DNA of 64,000 bases from Octopus sinensis (Eukaryota): contig NC_043012.1 in assembly GCF_006345805.1 (NCBI RefSeq), forward strand, positions 59,086,001-59,150,000. The letters run 5' to 3'. Shown here piece by piece: positions 26,260 through 40,227 of this stretch; the stretch's first letter is position 1; each line of letters begins with the position of its first letter. The notes beneath the pieces were generated by a model, which saw nothing but the letters and a program-made list of their open reading frames with translations, did no database searches and had not been told where the DNA came from. Position numbers and translations under genes: made by a program.

Positions 26260-27520
26260 GGATGACTTTATTCAATTTCACCAACTCAAATACTCGGTTG
26301 GTACTTTATTTTATCGATGAGAGAAGCATGATAGGAAAAGTTGACATTGACAGAAGTGAACTCAGGATAGAAAGAGCCGAAAGAAATCCTGCCGAGCATT
26401 TTGTGGGACGTGCTAACAATTCTGACAACTCTCTGCTTGAAAAATTCTTAATAAATGTTTCAAATTTTGGCGAGAAAATTTCAAGCTATTTCATCTGATT
26501 ACTCCTTCATTCGTTTGAAATTACTAACAGTAGATTTTAAGGGGATGGTTTTATTCAATTTCACCGACCCAGATACTCGGTTGGTACTAAATTTTATCGA
26601 CGGCAGAGGCTTTATAGGCAAAGTTTACCTTGACAGATTAAACTCAGGATAGAAACAGCCGACAGAAATCCTGCCTAACTCTTTACCTCTCGCTATTTCT
26701 GCTTCTAGCTTCCTCTTTATTTTTACCTTTCTCTTTTCTTCTTTACGATAAAATTTTTGTCTTCCCTATTTTCCCACCCTCGCTCTCTCTCCCTCTCTCT
26801 CGCTCTCTCGCTCTCTCTCTCTCTCTCCCTCTCTCTCTCTCTCTCTTTCTCACTCTCTCTCTCTCTCTCTCCGTGATTTTGTTTATTTATTTATTCACCT
26901 ATCTACCTACCTATCTTATATATTTGTCGGACGTGCTAACAATACTGACAACACACCGCTTGAAAAATTCTTATTAAATGTTTCAAATTTTGGCGATCAA
27001 ATTTCAAGCTATTTCATCTGATTAGTCCATTCGTTTGAAATTGCTAAGATGTGATTGTAATGAGATTTCGTTGTTACTTCTAGCATATCAAGCGACCATG
27101 TGTAGGCATTCTCGTTAGTTGTTTCATTTCAATTATTGCTGCTTTTATCCCCACGGTAGCTCTAACTGATCAGATGTACATCGGCCTCAGTACTTAGCTG
27201 ATATATCAGTTATTGACCCGGGGAGAATAAAAGGCAAACTCAAACTCGATTGGGTTTGAACCCTGAATTTAAAAAAGAGAGAAATGCCGCCAAGCATTTT
27301 GTCCTAGACATTAAAGATCCTGCCCGCACGCCGCTTTACGCAGTCTTAAACAATACTTTTTCTTATAGGTACAAGGTTGGGAAGTTTTGAAGGTGGGGAC
27401 TAGTCGATTGTCTCGGACCCGGTGGTTAACTGGTACTTATTTTATCAAACCCCAAAAGGATGAAAGGCAAAGTCGACCTCAATGGAATGAGGGAAGAAAT
27501 GCCGCTAAGCATAGGACTAC
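26260..27520 (-). mobile_element. Cluster of degenerate family B SINE fragments within locally duplicated DNA
   Basis: ggtact(t/a)..tttatcga..., aaaggcaaa.tc.ac.c and gaaatgccgc.aagcat motifs at ~26265, 26530, 27185 and 27358. Confidence 0.6.
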
Positions 27521-27540
27521 ATTGTCCGGTGTAATAATCA

Positions 27541-27620
<80 letters not shown>

Positions 27621-28374
27621 CGTGTGTGTGTGTGTGTGTGCGTGTGTGTGTGTGTGTGTCTTCTTTGCAAGTTGATTGGCTGCTTGAAACGGCTATAGTA
27701 GAAAATGGATCCAAGGGACCCCCATTCTAGAGAGAAAAGAGTGGACATAGCGTTAGAGTGAGTTACGGGAGAGGGAAAATATGAACATAGTTCAGGAGAG
27801 AAAGAGAGAGAGAGAGAAAGGCAAATATAACAGGCATCTGTGCGTGTAGCAGGTAGCCAAGTCTCGAGGAGATGTTTGCAATTGTAATAATGGTTTTTAA
27901 AAAATCAGAGGGAGAAGGCATTTTAGTACGTGGGCCACAAGTAGGAATATATTGCGGAGAAAAGCACGAAAAACAGTCGAGGAGTCTTTGTGTGGAGTAT
28001 GTGGAGTATGCGATGTATGATAGTTGTGTATTTTGTAGCAGAACAAAACCAGACGTATTTGAACATGAACGTACTTTTCGGAAAAAATACAGTAAGAGGT
28101 TTACTACAACATCCTATCTTCTCGCCTATCAATCATCAATTGTCTTTTCCTTCTCGTATTTTTATATACTTCAGGGATTTGATTTTCTATAAGTTTCCTT
28201 TTAAAAGTGTACCTGTTATCGATATTTACTGCGACCTGCTGGTTAATCGGGCATGGTATTTAAGGGACTCTAACCGTGAACATCACATATGTATCAAGCT
28301 ATTTCATCCGTTGTGTCCCACAGCCCTTTGAAATTAGTAAGGTGTGGTTGTAAAGTGATTTCGTTGTCACTTCT

Positions 28375-28605
28375 TATTTCTTTACTGCCCATAAGGGGAT
28401 AAACACTGAGGGGACAAACAAGGACAGAAAAACCGATTAAGTCGATTACATCGACTCCAGTGCGTAACTGGTACTTATTTAATCGACCCCGAAAGGATGA
28501 AAGGCAAAGTCGACCTCGGCGGAATTTGAACTCAGAACGTAACGGCAGACGATATACCGCTAAGCATTTCGCCCGGCGTGCTAACGATTCTGCCAGCTCG
28601 TCGCC
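28375..28605 (-). mobile_element. SINE family B, young full-length copy
   Basis: Close match to 6339-6569 and 61908-62130; 14-bp TSD tcgttgtcacttct at 28361-28374 and 28789-28802. Confidence 0.9.
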
Positions 28606-29286
28606 TTTATCATCATCACCATCATCATCGCTGCCGCCACCGCCAACACTACAACCAACATCATCATCATCATCATCATCATCATCATTCTCATCATCAT
28701 CACCACCATTTTATCACCACCTGGACGACGACTACCACCATTATCATAATCATCAACACCACCACCGCCTCCATATTCATCATCGTCGTCGTTGTCACTT
28801 CTAGCATATCAAACGACCGTGTGTAGGCACTCTCGCTAGTTGTTTCATTTCAATTATTGTTGCTTTGACTGATCACGTGTACATCAGCGTTCCTGCATGG
28901 CCATCCTGCCTTTGGTAAGTTACGCTGTATTATTCAACGTGATCTCATTTCAAGACGGTAGAGTCTAATTCAAGGGACACCTGGTCGTTATTTCTAGTAT
29001 GTCAAACGGCCGAATACATTTCCCTTAATTTCTCTTAAATATTTTCACTGAACACGAGCTAACAAGGGAGTATTTACAGGATCATTCTATCTGCAAGAAA
29101 TAGCAGCTAAATTTCAAACTTCCTGCAAACCAGCCGATACTCGTAATCCTAAAATAACACACAGAATAACGTAACACTTTTTTTTTTTAATTCACAGGGT
29201 GATTACAGTTGGAACGCTTTGATCATAAAGCTGCTTAATAAGATATAAACTGGGGCTAAACAACCATGATACAACAGCAGAATCAA

Positions 29287-29475
29287 GTGGAGGCGCAATA
29301 GCCCAGTGGTTAGGGCAGCGAAACTCGCTGTCGTAAGAACGCGGTTTCGATTTCCTGACCGGACCTTCTGAGTGTTTATTGAGCAAAAACACCAAAGTTC
29401 CACGAGGCTCCGGTGGTGGGCGGAATGAAACCCGCTGCACACTTTCACCACAACTTTCTCTCACTCTTTCTTCAT
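29287..29475 (+). mobile_element. SINE family C, 5' part
   Basis: gtggaggcgcaatagcccagtggttagggcagcg...caccacaactttctctcactctttc. Confidence 0.75.
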
Positions 29476-29898
29476 ACGTCTGCCACAAAGCAGAGGAACA
29501 ATGGTGTGGTAGACTTTCAGACCCTAGTGTAGATTGCGAATCCTCTGTACCCCAGGATGGTTCAGCTCTCCACTCGTTAAAAGCCACCGTTTACGGAATG
29601 AGGATAACAACGTAGCTTTCGCGCCCGTGCAACCGCCAGTCTACCGCGTGTGGTGGGTGGATCTTCAAGTTGTCACACGCATTCTTAGTAGCTTACAGTA
29701 GGCTCGAATTAGAGATTATTCTTTGTGGTGAATGGCGTGAGTCCAGATTGGAAGAAGAAGAAGAAGAACAAGAACAAGAAGAACAAGAACAAGAACAAGA
29801 AGAAGACAACAGAAACAAAACGCAAACCCTTTTTCGTCTTCATTCATCTATATCAGCGGTTTATTCAACGCGCTTATAACATCATCATATTTAGGCAT

Positions 29899-30140
29899 TA
29901 ACTCTTTCCATAGCAACCCACCCGAGACCACCCCTGGTTGGTTTCTATTACACAAACTTCCTGTTTAAAGTTATCTAAATTAAAACCTTCCAACGGAATT
30001 TCCTGATGATTTATGCTTTAAAACATTAGCCTATTAATAATAATGGTGACAAAGTTATTTTACTGGATTGCTCGTTAATTTTGGAATTAATTGATACAAA
30101 GGCAAAGCCGAATGAAAATTGAATGAAATCTGGATAGGAA
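29899..30140. mobile_element. Possible decayed TTAA-type MITE
   Basis: Starts ttaactctttcc...acccacccgagaccacccctgg, resembling a ttaaccctttc-ended octopus MITE I recall; the right TIR is not clearly recoverable. Confidence 0.3.
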
Positions 30141-30599
30141 TTAAAAGACCTTATTTTCTAAGTATGTGGTACAAACAAATTCAAAAACCTAGTATTCGGT
30201 GAAACAAAATTTTATTCATTAAACATGATCGTTTCAACGTTATTGTGAAATTCTCTTTTTCTCTTTCTCTTAATTTCTCTCTTTCTTCCGATCTCTCTTT
30301 CCCTCCCTTTTCTTTTTAATTTCTTTCTTTCTTTCTCTCTCTGTCCTTCTTTCCCTCCCTCACTCTGTCTCTCATTTACTTTCTCTCACTCTCGCTCTAA
30401 TTTCCTTCTCATTCTTCTCTATATCATCCTCTCAGTCCCTCCCTACATTTTTTATCTCTTTCTTCTTCCTTTCATTCCATCTTTCCCTCTTTCTTTTCTG
30501 CCTTTGTCTCTTCCCCTATTTTCTTTCTCATCGTCTTTATTCAATTTTCGCTTTTCTCCCAATCAGAATTTTTTTTGTTTTCTATACCTCCATTGCTTT

Positions 30600-30668
30600 C
30601 TTTCTCTCTCTCTCTCTCTCTCTCTCACTCACTCCCTCCCTCTCTCTCCAGCTCTCTATCTCTCTATC

Positions 30669-30699
<31 letters not shown>

Positions 30700-30701
30700 C
30701 G

Positions 30702-30758
<57 letters not shown>

Positions 30759-31096
30759 CCTATCTCTTACTATCTGCCTTCCCGTTGTCTCTTTTAGTCT
30801 TTCTCTCACGACGTCTCACTCCCTCTTTCTCTTGCTTTATTCTTTTGTTTCTATATACCTCTCTCTCGCTCCCTCCTCTCTCTCTCGCTCTCTATCTATC
30901 TATCTATCTACCTATCTCTTACTATCTGCCTTCCCGTTGTCTCTTTTAGTCTTTCTCTCACGACGTCTCACTCCCTCTTTCTCTTGCTTTATTCTTTTGT
31001 TTCTATATAACTCTCTCTCGCTCCCTCCCTCTCTCTCTCTCCTCTCTCTCTCACTCACTCCCTCCCTCCCTCTCTCCAGCTCTCTATCTCTCTATC

Positions 31097-31127
<31 letters not shown>

Positions 31128-31146
31128 CGATCTATCTATCTATCTA

Positions 31147-31185
<39 letters not shown>

Positions 31186-31626
31186 CCTATCTCTTACTAT
31201 CTGCCTTCCCGTTGTCTCTTTTAGTCTTTCTCTCACGACGTCTCACTCCCTCTTTCTCTTGCTTTATTCTTTTGTTTCTATATACCTCTCTCTCGCTCCC
31301 TCCTCTCTCTCTCGCTCTCTATCTATCTATCTATCTACCTATCTCTTACTATCTGCCTTCCCGTTGTCTCTTTTAGTCTTTCTCTCACGACGTCTCACTC
31401 CCTCTTTCTCTTGCTTTATTCTTTTGTTTCTATATAACTCTCTCTCGCTCCCTCCCTCTCTCTCTCTCCCTTCCTCTCTTTCTCGCTCTCTATCTATCTA
31501 TCTACCTATCTCTTACTATCTGCCTTCCCGTTGTGTCTTTTAGTCTTTCTCTCACGACGTCTCACGACGTATCACTCCCTCTTTCTCTTGCTTTATTCTT
31601 TTGTTTCCATATACCACTCTCTCGAT

Positions 31627-31676
<50 letters not shown>

Positions 31677-31680
31677 TATT
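30600..31680. repeat. Higher-order tandem repeat: five copies of a ~95-bp core in a 427-bp period, interleaved with (CT)n/(CTAT)n
   Basis: cctatctcttactatctgccttcccgttg at 30759, 30911, 31186, 31338 and 31505. Confidence 0.9.
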
Positions 31681-32489
31681 TCTCTCCTTTTCTATTCTAT
31701 CTTCTTAATCACCTCTGCATCTCTTTCGTTCATCCTTACTCCAATTTCGTTTTCTCATTTTACTTTCACTTCCACCATTTTACTTTCACTTTCACCATTT
31801 TACTATCACTTTCACTTAGTCTCTTCACTCACCCCTCTCTTTCTCTTTTCCTCTTGTTTTTCTCACTTTTCCCATCCCTTCTTCTCCTCTCTCTGGTCTA
31901 TATCTGTCTCTCTTATCTCGCTAACTCTTTACCACCCGCTATTTCTGCTTCTAGCTTCCTTTTTACCTTTCTCTTCTCTTCTATACGATGAAATTGTTGT
32001 CTTCCCTCTTTTCTCACCCCAATCTCTCTCTCTCTCTCTCTCTCAATCTGTCACTCTCTCTCTCTCTCTTTCTACGTCTCTCTCTCTCACTCTTCGTGAT
32101 TTTCTTTATTTATCTATTCACCTATCTACCTACCTATCTTATATATTTATCCATTTATCAACCGTTCCCTTGTTTCGAAGTTTCTTACAATCTATTTTCG
32201 TCTTCACAATTATTATCATCAACCGGTCATCCTCAAACGATATCATTTCAAACGCCATTTTTACCCGACCGCCTTAACCTCCCGTCATTCTCTCCTCATC
32301 CCCTCCTCCTCCTCCTCCTGCTCCTCCTCCTGCTCCTCCTCCTTCGCCTTCTTGTAACTTTCTATTTATTATCTTTTACCTCTTCAGACTATATAAATGA
32401 GCATCGGTTCGTTTGGATTGTTCTCCTGTCTCTTAGTGACAGTTTTATTGTTTTATTCCTCTCAATTCATTTATCTAACTTTGCCTATC

Positions 32490-32850
32490 TGACATCATTT
32501 TCTTCTTCTTCTTTTTCTTCTTCTTCTTCTTCTTCGCCTTCTTCTTCTTCTTCTTCTTCGTCGTCTTTTTCTTCTCCTTCTCCTTTTTCTTCTTCTTCTT
32601 CTTCTTCTTCTTCTTCTTCTTCTTCTTCTTCTTCTTCGTCGTCTTTTTTCTTCTCCTTCTCCTTCTTCTTCTTCTTCTTCTTCTTCTTCTTCTCTTCTTC
32701 TTCTTCTTTTTCTTCGTCTTCTTCTTCTTCTTCTTCCTCTTTTTCTTCTTCTTCTTCTTCGTCTTCTTCTTGTCCTTTTTCTTCTTCTTCCACTTCTTCT
32801 TCTTCTTCTTTTCTTCTTCTTCTTCTTCTTCTTCTTCTTTTCTTCTTCTT
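32490..32850. repeat. (CTT)n microsatellite
   Basis: Direct reading; source of the poly-S/F/L/E/K ORFs. Confidence 0.95.
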
Positions 32851-33024
32851 CCTCTTCTTCTTCATCCCCAACTTCCTATCCTTCTTCTTCACTATTAGTT
32901 TAATAACATGAATATCTTAAATCCTTATACATCATCCCCTTTTTTCACTCACCCCAAGCAACATATATTGATAATACTGGCATATTTTAATTACCTTTTC
33001 TTTTATACTTCCTCAAGGTGTTTC

Positions 33025-33060
<36 letters not shown>

Positions 33061-33254
33061 CGCAAGTGTGTGTGTATATATATATGTATGCGTTTGCGCG
33101 TATTTTGTTTCGTTTTTGTCTTTCAACACACTGAAGAATTTTAAATTAAACATTTTTCCTGTGATATCTCCAAATTGTATTTTCTACCATATTATAGTTA
33201 TCGCTGTTGTCATTGTTGTCTTTGTGTAACATTTTTGTATATTTGTTTGCAATT

Positions 33255-34160
33255 GTTATTATTATTATTATTACTATTATTATTATTATTATGATTATTA
33301 TTATTATTATTATTATAATTATTATTATTATTATTATTATGATTATTATTATGATTATTATTATTATTATTATTATTATTATGATTATTATTATGATTAT
33401 TATTATTATTATTACTATTATTACTATTTGTTATCATGTGTGTACTGTCGTTAGTCTTTTTGTTATAGTTATTGTCACTGTGGTACTTCTAGGTGTTGTT
33501 GTTCTTGATGGTGATATTTGCGTTCTAGTTGTTATTAATTTTATTTGTATGCCTTTTCATTTGATTTTTTTTTTCATTCATTTCTCTAGGGTGTACATTT
33601 AAAACAAAAATATACCATCAGAAGCGTGTGGAATGAAATTAAAGGAAATAACATATAACGAGCCTTTAAAGAATAGAAGATACGTATATGTATGCACACA
33701 CAAACAAACACACACACACACGCACTGAAACACACATATATATGTATATGTGTATAAATATATGCATGTATGTATATGAATATATTTGTGTGTGTGTGTA
33801 CAAAACTATGCGTATATATGTATGTGTGTGTATATACATACATACAAACATACAAACACATATAAACGAGTGAATATGAATTTGCTTCAAGCGTCGTGAA
33901 GAGTAAAAAAAACACAAATACATAAATAAATAAATAAAACCGGAAAGGCAAAGGCATTAAAGAAATAATAAAAGAAAAGAAAAAAAACATTAAAGAAAAA
34001 CATTCCAAGCAGCAAACAAACAACCATAAGCAAAACAAAGACAAACATGAAATAGCGAACTAGCGACAACATAAACATAAGCATAACGGTAAATATAAAT
34101 AAAAAATAAATATCACACACTAACATATATATATATATTATATACTATATATATATACAT

Positions 34161-34229
<69 letters not shown>

Positions 34230-34607
34230 GTTATATATGACGTATATTTGAAACGCTGATAGTATTTCTACCGCAGCAACAGTGACAATTTCAGCGGCAG
34301 CACAGCTGATTGATTGAAATACATGCAAAGAATTATCATAGCACCTGAATTTGCTCGACAAAAGCTTGCAGAAATAAAAGTAAAACCGAAAACGATTGGT
34401 AGTAGATCAAGATAGGAAGAGAAGAAAGGAGAAAGTAAGGAATTATTAAAGAACCGAAGCTGTATCTCATAAATAGTTTGGCAGGTAAGCAGATTAAAAT
34501 CTTTGGCAAATGTTTGGCAAGGCAAGGTATACTTGCGTTCTGTTTGCCTATATTAAAGAAGTCGTATTTTTATATAGATTTTTCTTATATATTTATTATC
34601 ATTATTA

Positions 34608-34639
<32 letters not shown>

Positions 34640-36613
34640 GTTATTATTATTATTATTATATTATTATTATTATTATTATTATTGTTATTATCATTATTAT
34701 TACTATTATTATTATTATCATTATTATTATTATTATTATTATTATTTTTCTCCTCCCTCCGTTGTAGCGGTAACAACCTACATCAGCGATACTGACATCA
34801 CCAATTTAACGCCAACAGAATAAAGTACGATTATGTGAGAACCGCGATAAATTGGAAGCAGCCACTGGCGGGGGTGGGTGGAAGTTGGTACGGGTTGGAG
34901 GAGGCGGAGGTGATGGTGTTGGCGGCGGTGGAGCGACTTTGTCGTGAGTGTGACACAGTGGTGGAAATTGATGTTTGGAGCTTTCCTTAGAAACCTATTT
35001 CGAGAAAAATCGTTTGATGGTAGTTATTAATGACGACGACGACGATGATGATGATGATGATGATGATGATGACGACGAGGACGACGACGACGAAGACAAC
35101 GATGATGAATATGGAGTCGGTGGTGGTGATGATGATTATGATAATGGGAGCTGTCGTCGTCCAGGTGGTGATAAAATGATGGGGATGATGATGGGAACGA
35201 TGATGAAGATGACGACGACGTCAACGATGATGATGATGGGGAGGAGAAGGAGGAGGATGGCGATGATGATGATGATGATGACGATGATGATGATGATGAT
35301 GACGATGAAATGATGAAGATGATGATGACGATGCTGTTGCAGATGGTGATGATGTTGATGAAAATGATGATGATGATGATTACGATGGTCAATATAGTGG
35401 TAGAGGATTATGTTGACGTAATGTTGATGATGGTGGTGGTGGTGGTGGTGATGATGATAGTGGTGGTTTATGGGGATGAGGGTGGTGGTAATCGTAGCGA
35501 CGTTTGTTGTTTGTAGTAGCGATAGAAGTAGTTGTTGATTGCAGACCGTTCCCACAAATGACGGCGATGCTGGTGTTTTATAATATTTTTAACCCTAGGC
35601 GCAGCAGTGGCTGTGTGGTAAGTAGCTTACTTACCAACCACATGGTTCCGGGTTCAGTCCCACTGCCTGGCACCTTGGGCAAGTGTCTTCTACTATAGCC
35701 TCGGGCCGACCAACACCTTGTGAATGGATTTGGTAGACGGAAACTGAAAGAAGCCCGTCGTATATATATATATATATATGTGTGGTGTGTGTTTGTGTGT
35801 GTGTGTGTGTGTGTGTTTGTGTCTTCTGTTTGTTACCCCAACATCGCTTGACAACCGATGCAGGTGTGTTTACGTCCCCGTAATTTACCGGTTCGGCAAA
35901 AGAGAGCGATAGAATGCGTACTAGGCTTACAAAGAATAAGTCCCGGTGCTCCAGAATGGCCGCTGTCACATGACTGAAACAAGTAAAATGGTAAAAGAGT
36001 ATGCCGTGATGAAGCAAGATCCTTGATCAAATGCATTCCCTTTTATGGCCATCTCGGATCGTTTTCCAAGTGTTCAGGGAACCAAATACCACAATACTCG
36101 ACGAGTCCTCTTTAAACTTACAAGAAATAATTGGCTGCTATTTCTAGTAGATACAATGGCAACCTAAGTGTTTCCTTTTTGCCGGTGGTGGTGGTGGTAT
36201 CGGTGGGGGAGGATGGCCTTGGTGGTTGTGGTGCTCTTCGAGACAGTGGTGGAGGTGGTTTTGCTGTCCGTGGTAGGTTTTCGTGCTGGTGTTCGTAGTG
36301 AAGGTAGTGACAGAGGTAGTGCTATCGTTGTTGTTGTTATTGATGGTGATTGTGGTGGTGGTGGTGGTGGTGGTCGTCGTCGTCGTCGTTGTAGTAATGG
36401 CAGTTTTGGTAGTGGTAGTAGTATTGGTCGTGATGGGGTGACAATTAGTGTGGAGATGTTGATGATAGTCTTATGATGGTGGGTGTGGTGATGTTGGCGC
36501 GGGTGATATCGGTACTCGTTCATGCTGTGTAACCCCCTAAAATATTAGCGCTACTGATGGTGTTAGCAGCGCTGAAGATGGTAATAATCGTGTTGTTGTT
36601 GTTGCTGAAAATA

Positions 36614-36647
<34 letters not shown>

Positions 36648-36687
36648 CGATGACGATGACGATGCTGATGACGATGACGACGACGAC

Positions 36688-36731
<44 letters not shown>

Positions 36732-36785
36732 GGATGATGATGATGATGACGATGACGATGATGATGACGGTGACGACGACGACAC

Positions 36786-36824
<39 letters not shown>

Positions 36825-36855
36825 AATGATGATGATGAATGATGATGACGATGAC

Positions 36856-36900
<45 letters not shown>
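33255..36900. repeat. Series of trinucleotide microsatellites: (ATT)n 33255-33425 and 34590-34745; (GAT/GAC/GGT)n 35030-35460 and 36320-36900
   Basis: Direct reading. Confidence 0.9.
35598..36001 (+). mobile_element. SINE family A, full length
   Basis: ggcgcagcagtggctgtgtggtaagtagctt...gactgaaacaagtaaaatggtaaaagagta. Confidence 0.9.
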
Positions 36901-36901
<1 letters not shown>

Positions 36902-37671
36902 CACAATGCTAATAGAAATATATATCACAGCAGAAGCACGCGGAGAATCGTCCAACAGCGATGATGGTATTACTAGCTGCACACTTCGTTTTCCAGGCTT
37001 CGTCAGTACCAAGTATCCATTGGCAACCGCAAGCTAATCAACAGTTTTGGACCGACTTTCATTGTTACATGTTCTTCAATGATAAAGGACTTTTCGTGTT
37101 GGTTCGGAATAAGATGTCTCTGAATAACAAATTCATTAAATAATTCACCCAGCAGACGAAATCGAAGGAACGTGAAGACTTATTTAGTTTCGGTATATGG
37201 AGAACAATCTCCTAGAGGAAAATAACTTCTTTTGTTTTTGGTCTTTACTTTGGCTTTCTTTTTTATTTTTTATTTATTTATTTATTTTTGTATTATGATT
37301 AAGACTATTTCTTACTTTCAGGCAAGAAGAAAAAGGTTCCAATGATAATTCGGCTCGACTAGATCGGGTGGAGTTTTAAGAGCAAACAAATGATTAAGTA
37401 TGAGCAACAGTAAGGCGCCAGGAAATCGGATCGAATTTTGAGTCGACAAATTTTCCTGTCATAAATTCTATTTATGCTAATAAAGAATTATTGATGTTTT
37501 CTCGCGTCTTCTTCTTCATACGATCTTCTATTCCACAATCATATTTCAGGTTGAAGGTCCACCAGCCCACAACAGAAACCAGTCTAAAAGCCTGCCCAGA
37601 CGACGACTATTTTGTTAGTATATGTATGTATATTATTTGTGTGTAAACATATACATACACCCACAAATATA

Positions 37672-37715
<44 letters not shown>

Positions 37716-37765
37716 CATATCTACATTTCAGTTTTCTATCTATCATTTTCCATCTCTGTATATAT

Positions 37766-37943
37766 GAGTGGTAAGTAGCTTGCTTACCAACTACATGATT
37801 CCGGGTTCAGTCCCACTGCGTAGCACCTTGGGCAAGTGTCTTCTACCGTAGCCTCGAACCAGAAAAAAGCCTTGTGAGTGGATTTGGTTGACGGAACGGA
37901 AAAAAGCCCGCCGTATATATGTATATATATATATGTATATATA

Positions 37944-37982
<39 letters not shown>

Positions 37983-38215
37983 GTATGTATGTGTGTATAT
38001 ATATGTTGTGTGTTTGTGTTTGTCCCCCCAAATCACTTGAAACCGAAGCTAGTGTGTTTACGTCCCAATATGTTAGCAGTTCGGCAAAAGAGACCGATAG
38101 AACTAGTACTAGGCTTACAAAGAATAAGTCCTGTGGTCGATGTGCTCGACTGAAGTCTGTGCTCCTGCATGGCCACAGTCAAAATGACTGAAATAAGTAA
38201 AAGAATAAAAGACAG
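37766..38215 (+). mobile_element. SINE family A, near full length
   Basis: gagtggtaagtagcttgcttacc...gactgaaataagtaaaagaataaaa. Confidence 0.9.
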
Positions 38216-38222
38216 TATATGT

Positions 38223-38309
<87 letters not shown>

Positions 38310-38879
38310 TATAGATACGAATATATACATAAATACATGTTTATGTAATATAGCCGTATACATATCGATAGTATATGTGCATATATGTGAGTCTGGCTCT
38401 GAGACAGCGTATGTGAAGGAGTGTTTTTCCGTCAGTGTAGATTTTCTGAGATTTTTCTTGCCTACCAAATTTTACTTTGTATATTTGCATTCTATGATAT
38501 GTGACTAAAAACCTTGGATGCGCATTTCCCATCATGCTTCCATATACCCAAAATGACTCAACTAGCTTGCTGCCTTCGGAGTATGCTGATGCAAGCACTT
38601 TGTCTTAGTTTCAGAGTTAGAAATATAAACGACAGCATAACTATAGCTAAGTCACTGTTATTCTGCTCTGCTAAGTCGCATTAAGTGTCATATCATCTGC
38701 GTATTGAATTTCAATTAAAGATGCAGTCGTGATCCTTGATTTCAAACTGAGTCCTCCAAGACTAAATATTTTCAGTGGAATAAAATCTAGTGGAACAAAA
38801 TCTAGATCCCAGGCGGTCCATTGCTAGATTGAGTGCAAGAATAACTGCGAAGAAAATTGAGAACCAAGTATACTTATCG

Positions 38880-39345
38880 ATATCTGAATTGTACTTCAAA
38901 GTTAGCTTAACTTGGACATGATAGAAGTGATAATTGTAGAAGCTGGAGATACAATGATAGAGATGTGCGAGGAACATCCCGTACATCTCATAGCAAAACA
39001 CACCGATGAAGATTAGCATCCCCAGGCAGGACGATTCTTACGCATGGTCACAAGATATCAGATTCAATGGTTTTATGTAGTGGGCATTGTGGACATGTGT
39101 ATATCCAAAGAATAGCTTTCTTCATGAACTATGAAAGACAATGAATGGAAAGAGGTCAAACGAAGAGATTCAGAGATGTACGTAAAGGAAATTTAGTAAA
39201 ATGCAGCACCAGTGTGGACAAGAATGATTGGTTGACGAATAAACGACACTAATAGCGACGTATCATTTGGGAGGGCTCCATCACTTAATGAGGGTTCCAT
39301 CACCCGAGCGTGACAATGAAAAACGTGAACATAGAACGCATTGCG
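38880..39345 (+). mobile_element. RTE-clade LINE, decayed 3' end of ORF2
   Basis: TWT**K**L*KLE...RCARNI..IS*Q and ERGQTKRFRDVRKGNLVKCSTSVDKNDW follow the RTE post-RT pattern (ETWT...LE.F..RCLR.I..I.WQ; RG.Q.KRFKD). Confidence 0.6.
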
Positions 39346-40165
39346 AAATATTCATTGCAGTTCCTCTTCCTACGTATTGCAATCAAAGCTTGGCGTACGA
39401 TGAACTTGATCGCTCATTGACCCAACACAATCCTATGCGGAGCCATAAAAGCCTTTTTTACCAACGTGTTATGGTCGTTGTTCCAGAGAGATCGTACGAA
39501 CAGAGAATATCTATTAAACACATGTCGACAACGAAATTTTGAATAACGGCTACAATTAGCGATTTGGGACTGTACGCATTCGGGTCTTGATTAGGTTTAA
39601 GTGAGATATATATCTAGAAGGATGGGTCACTCGGTTAATTGTGTTGAAAGGATCAGCGCTAAAATAAAATTGATGTCAAAGTGAGTCAGCACAGAATCAA
39701 CGTACAACTAATCAATTAGCCGCTTCAACATGCCTGGGTCTTTGAAAGCTAGGGGTCTAATGAGCCTTGAAAATATACAATCCATGTTCTCCCGATTAGA
39801 CACTATTTTGACAATATTGGACACAGAATCTGTAATAACAGGGGAAAACCCGTGAACGGATTAGCGATGAAAAAGAAAGGAAAGGAAATTTCAGAGACGA
39901 TCAGGAAAATGGGTGGGTAAGGGGAATTAACTGGCGGGGACAGTTCAGAATAGTCAATACAGTTCAGATTAGTCAAGATTGTTTAGTTTGGGTGAAGTAA
40001 TGAATAATATATTAGTTTATATTCTGTTTCTATGCAAAAGGTTACGTCGCTATTTTATTCATTTATGTTTATATAATAGCTCTATCTTGAACTAACCATG
40101 TCATTTTCGTATATTCTCTTTCGTCCTGTTTACTTTTCTAATCTATCTGGTTTCTGTGTTAAATG

Positions 40166-40227
<62 letters not shown>

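Noticed and set aside
30759-31600. CRISPR-like appearance of ~95-bp repeats with spacers
   Set aside because: Eukaryotic DNA, repeats too long, spacers are microsatellites, no cas genes
36931-37614. Possible exons at 36931-37190, 37322 and 37551-37614, and similar at 20149, 28039 and 53191
   Set aside because: Splice-like signals exist, but frames contain stops or phases do not chain, and no homology is recognisable
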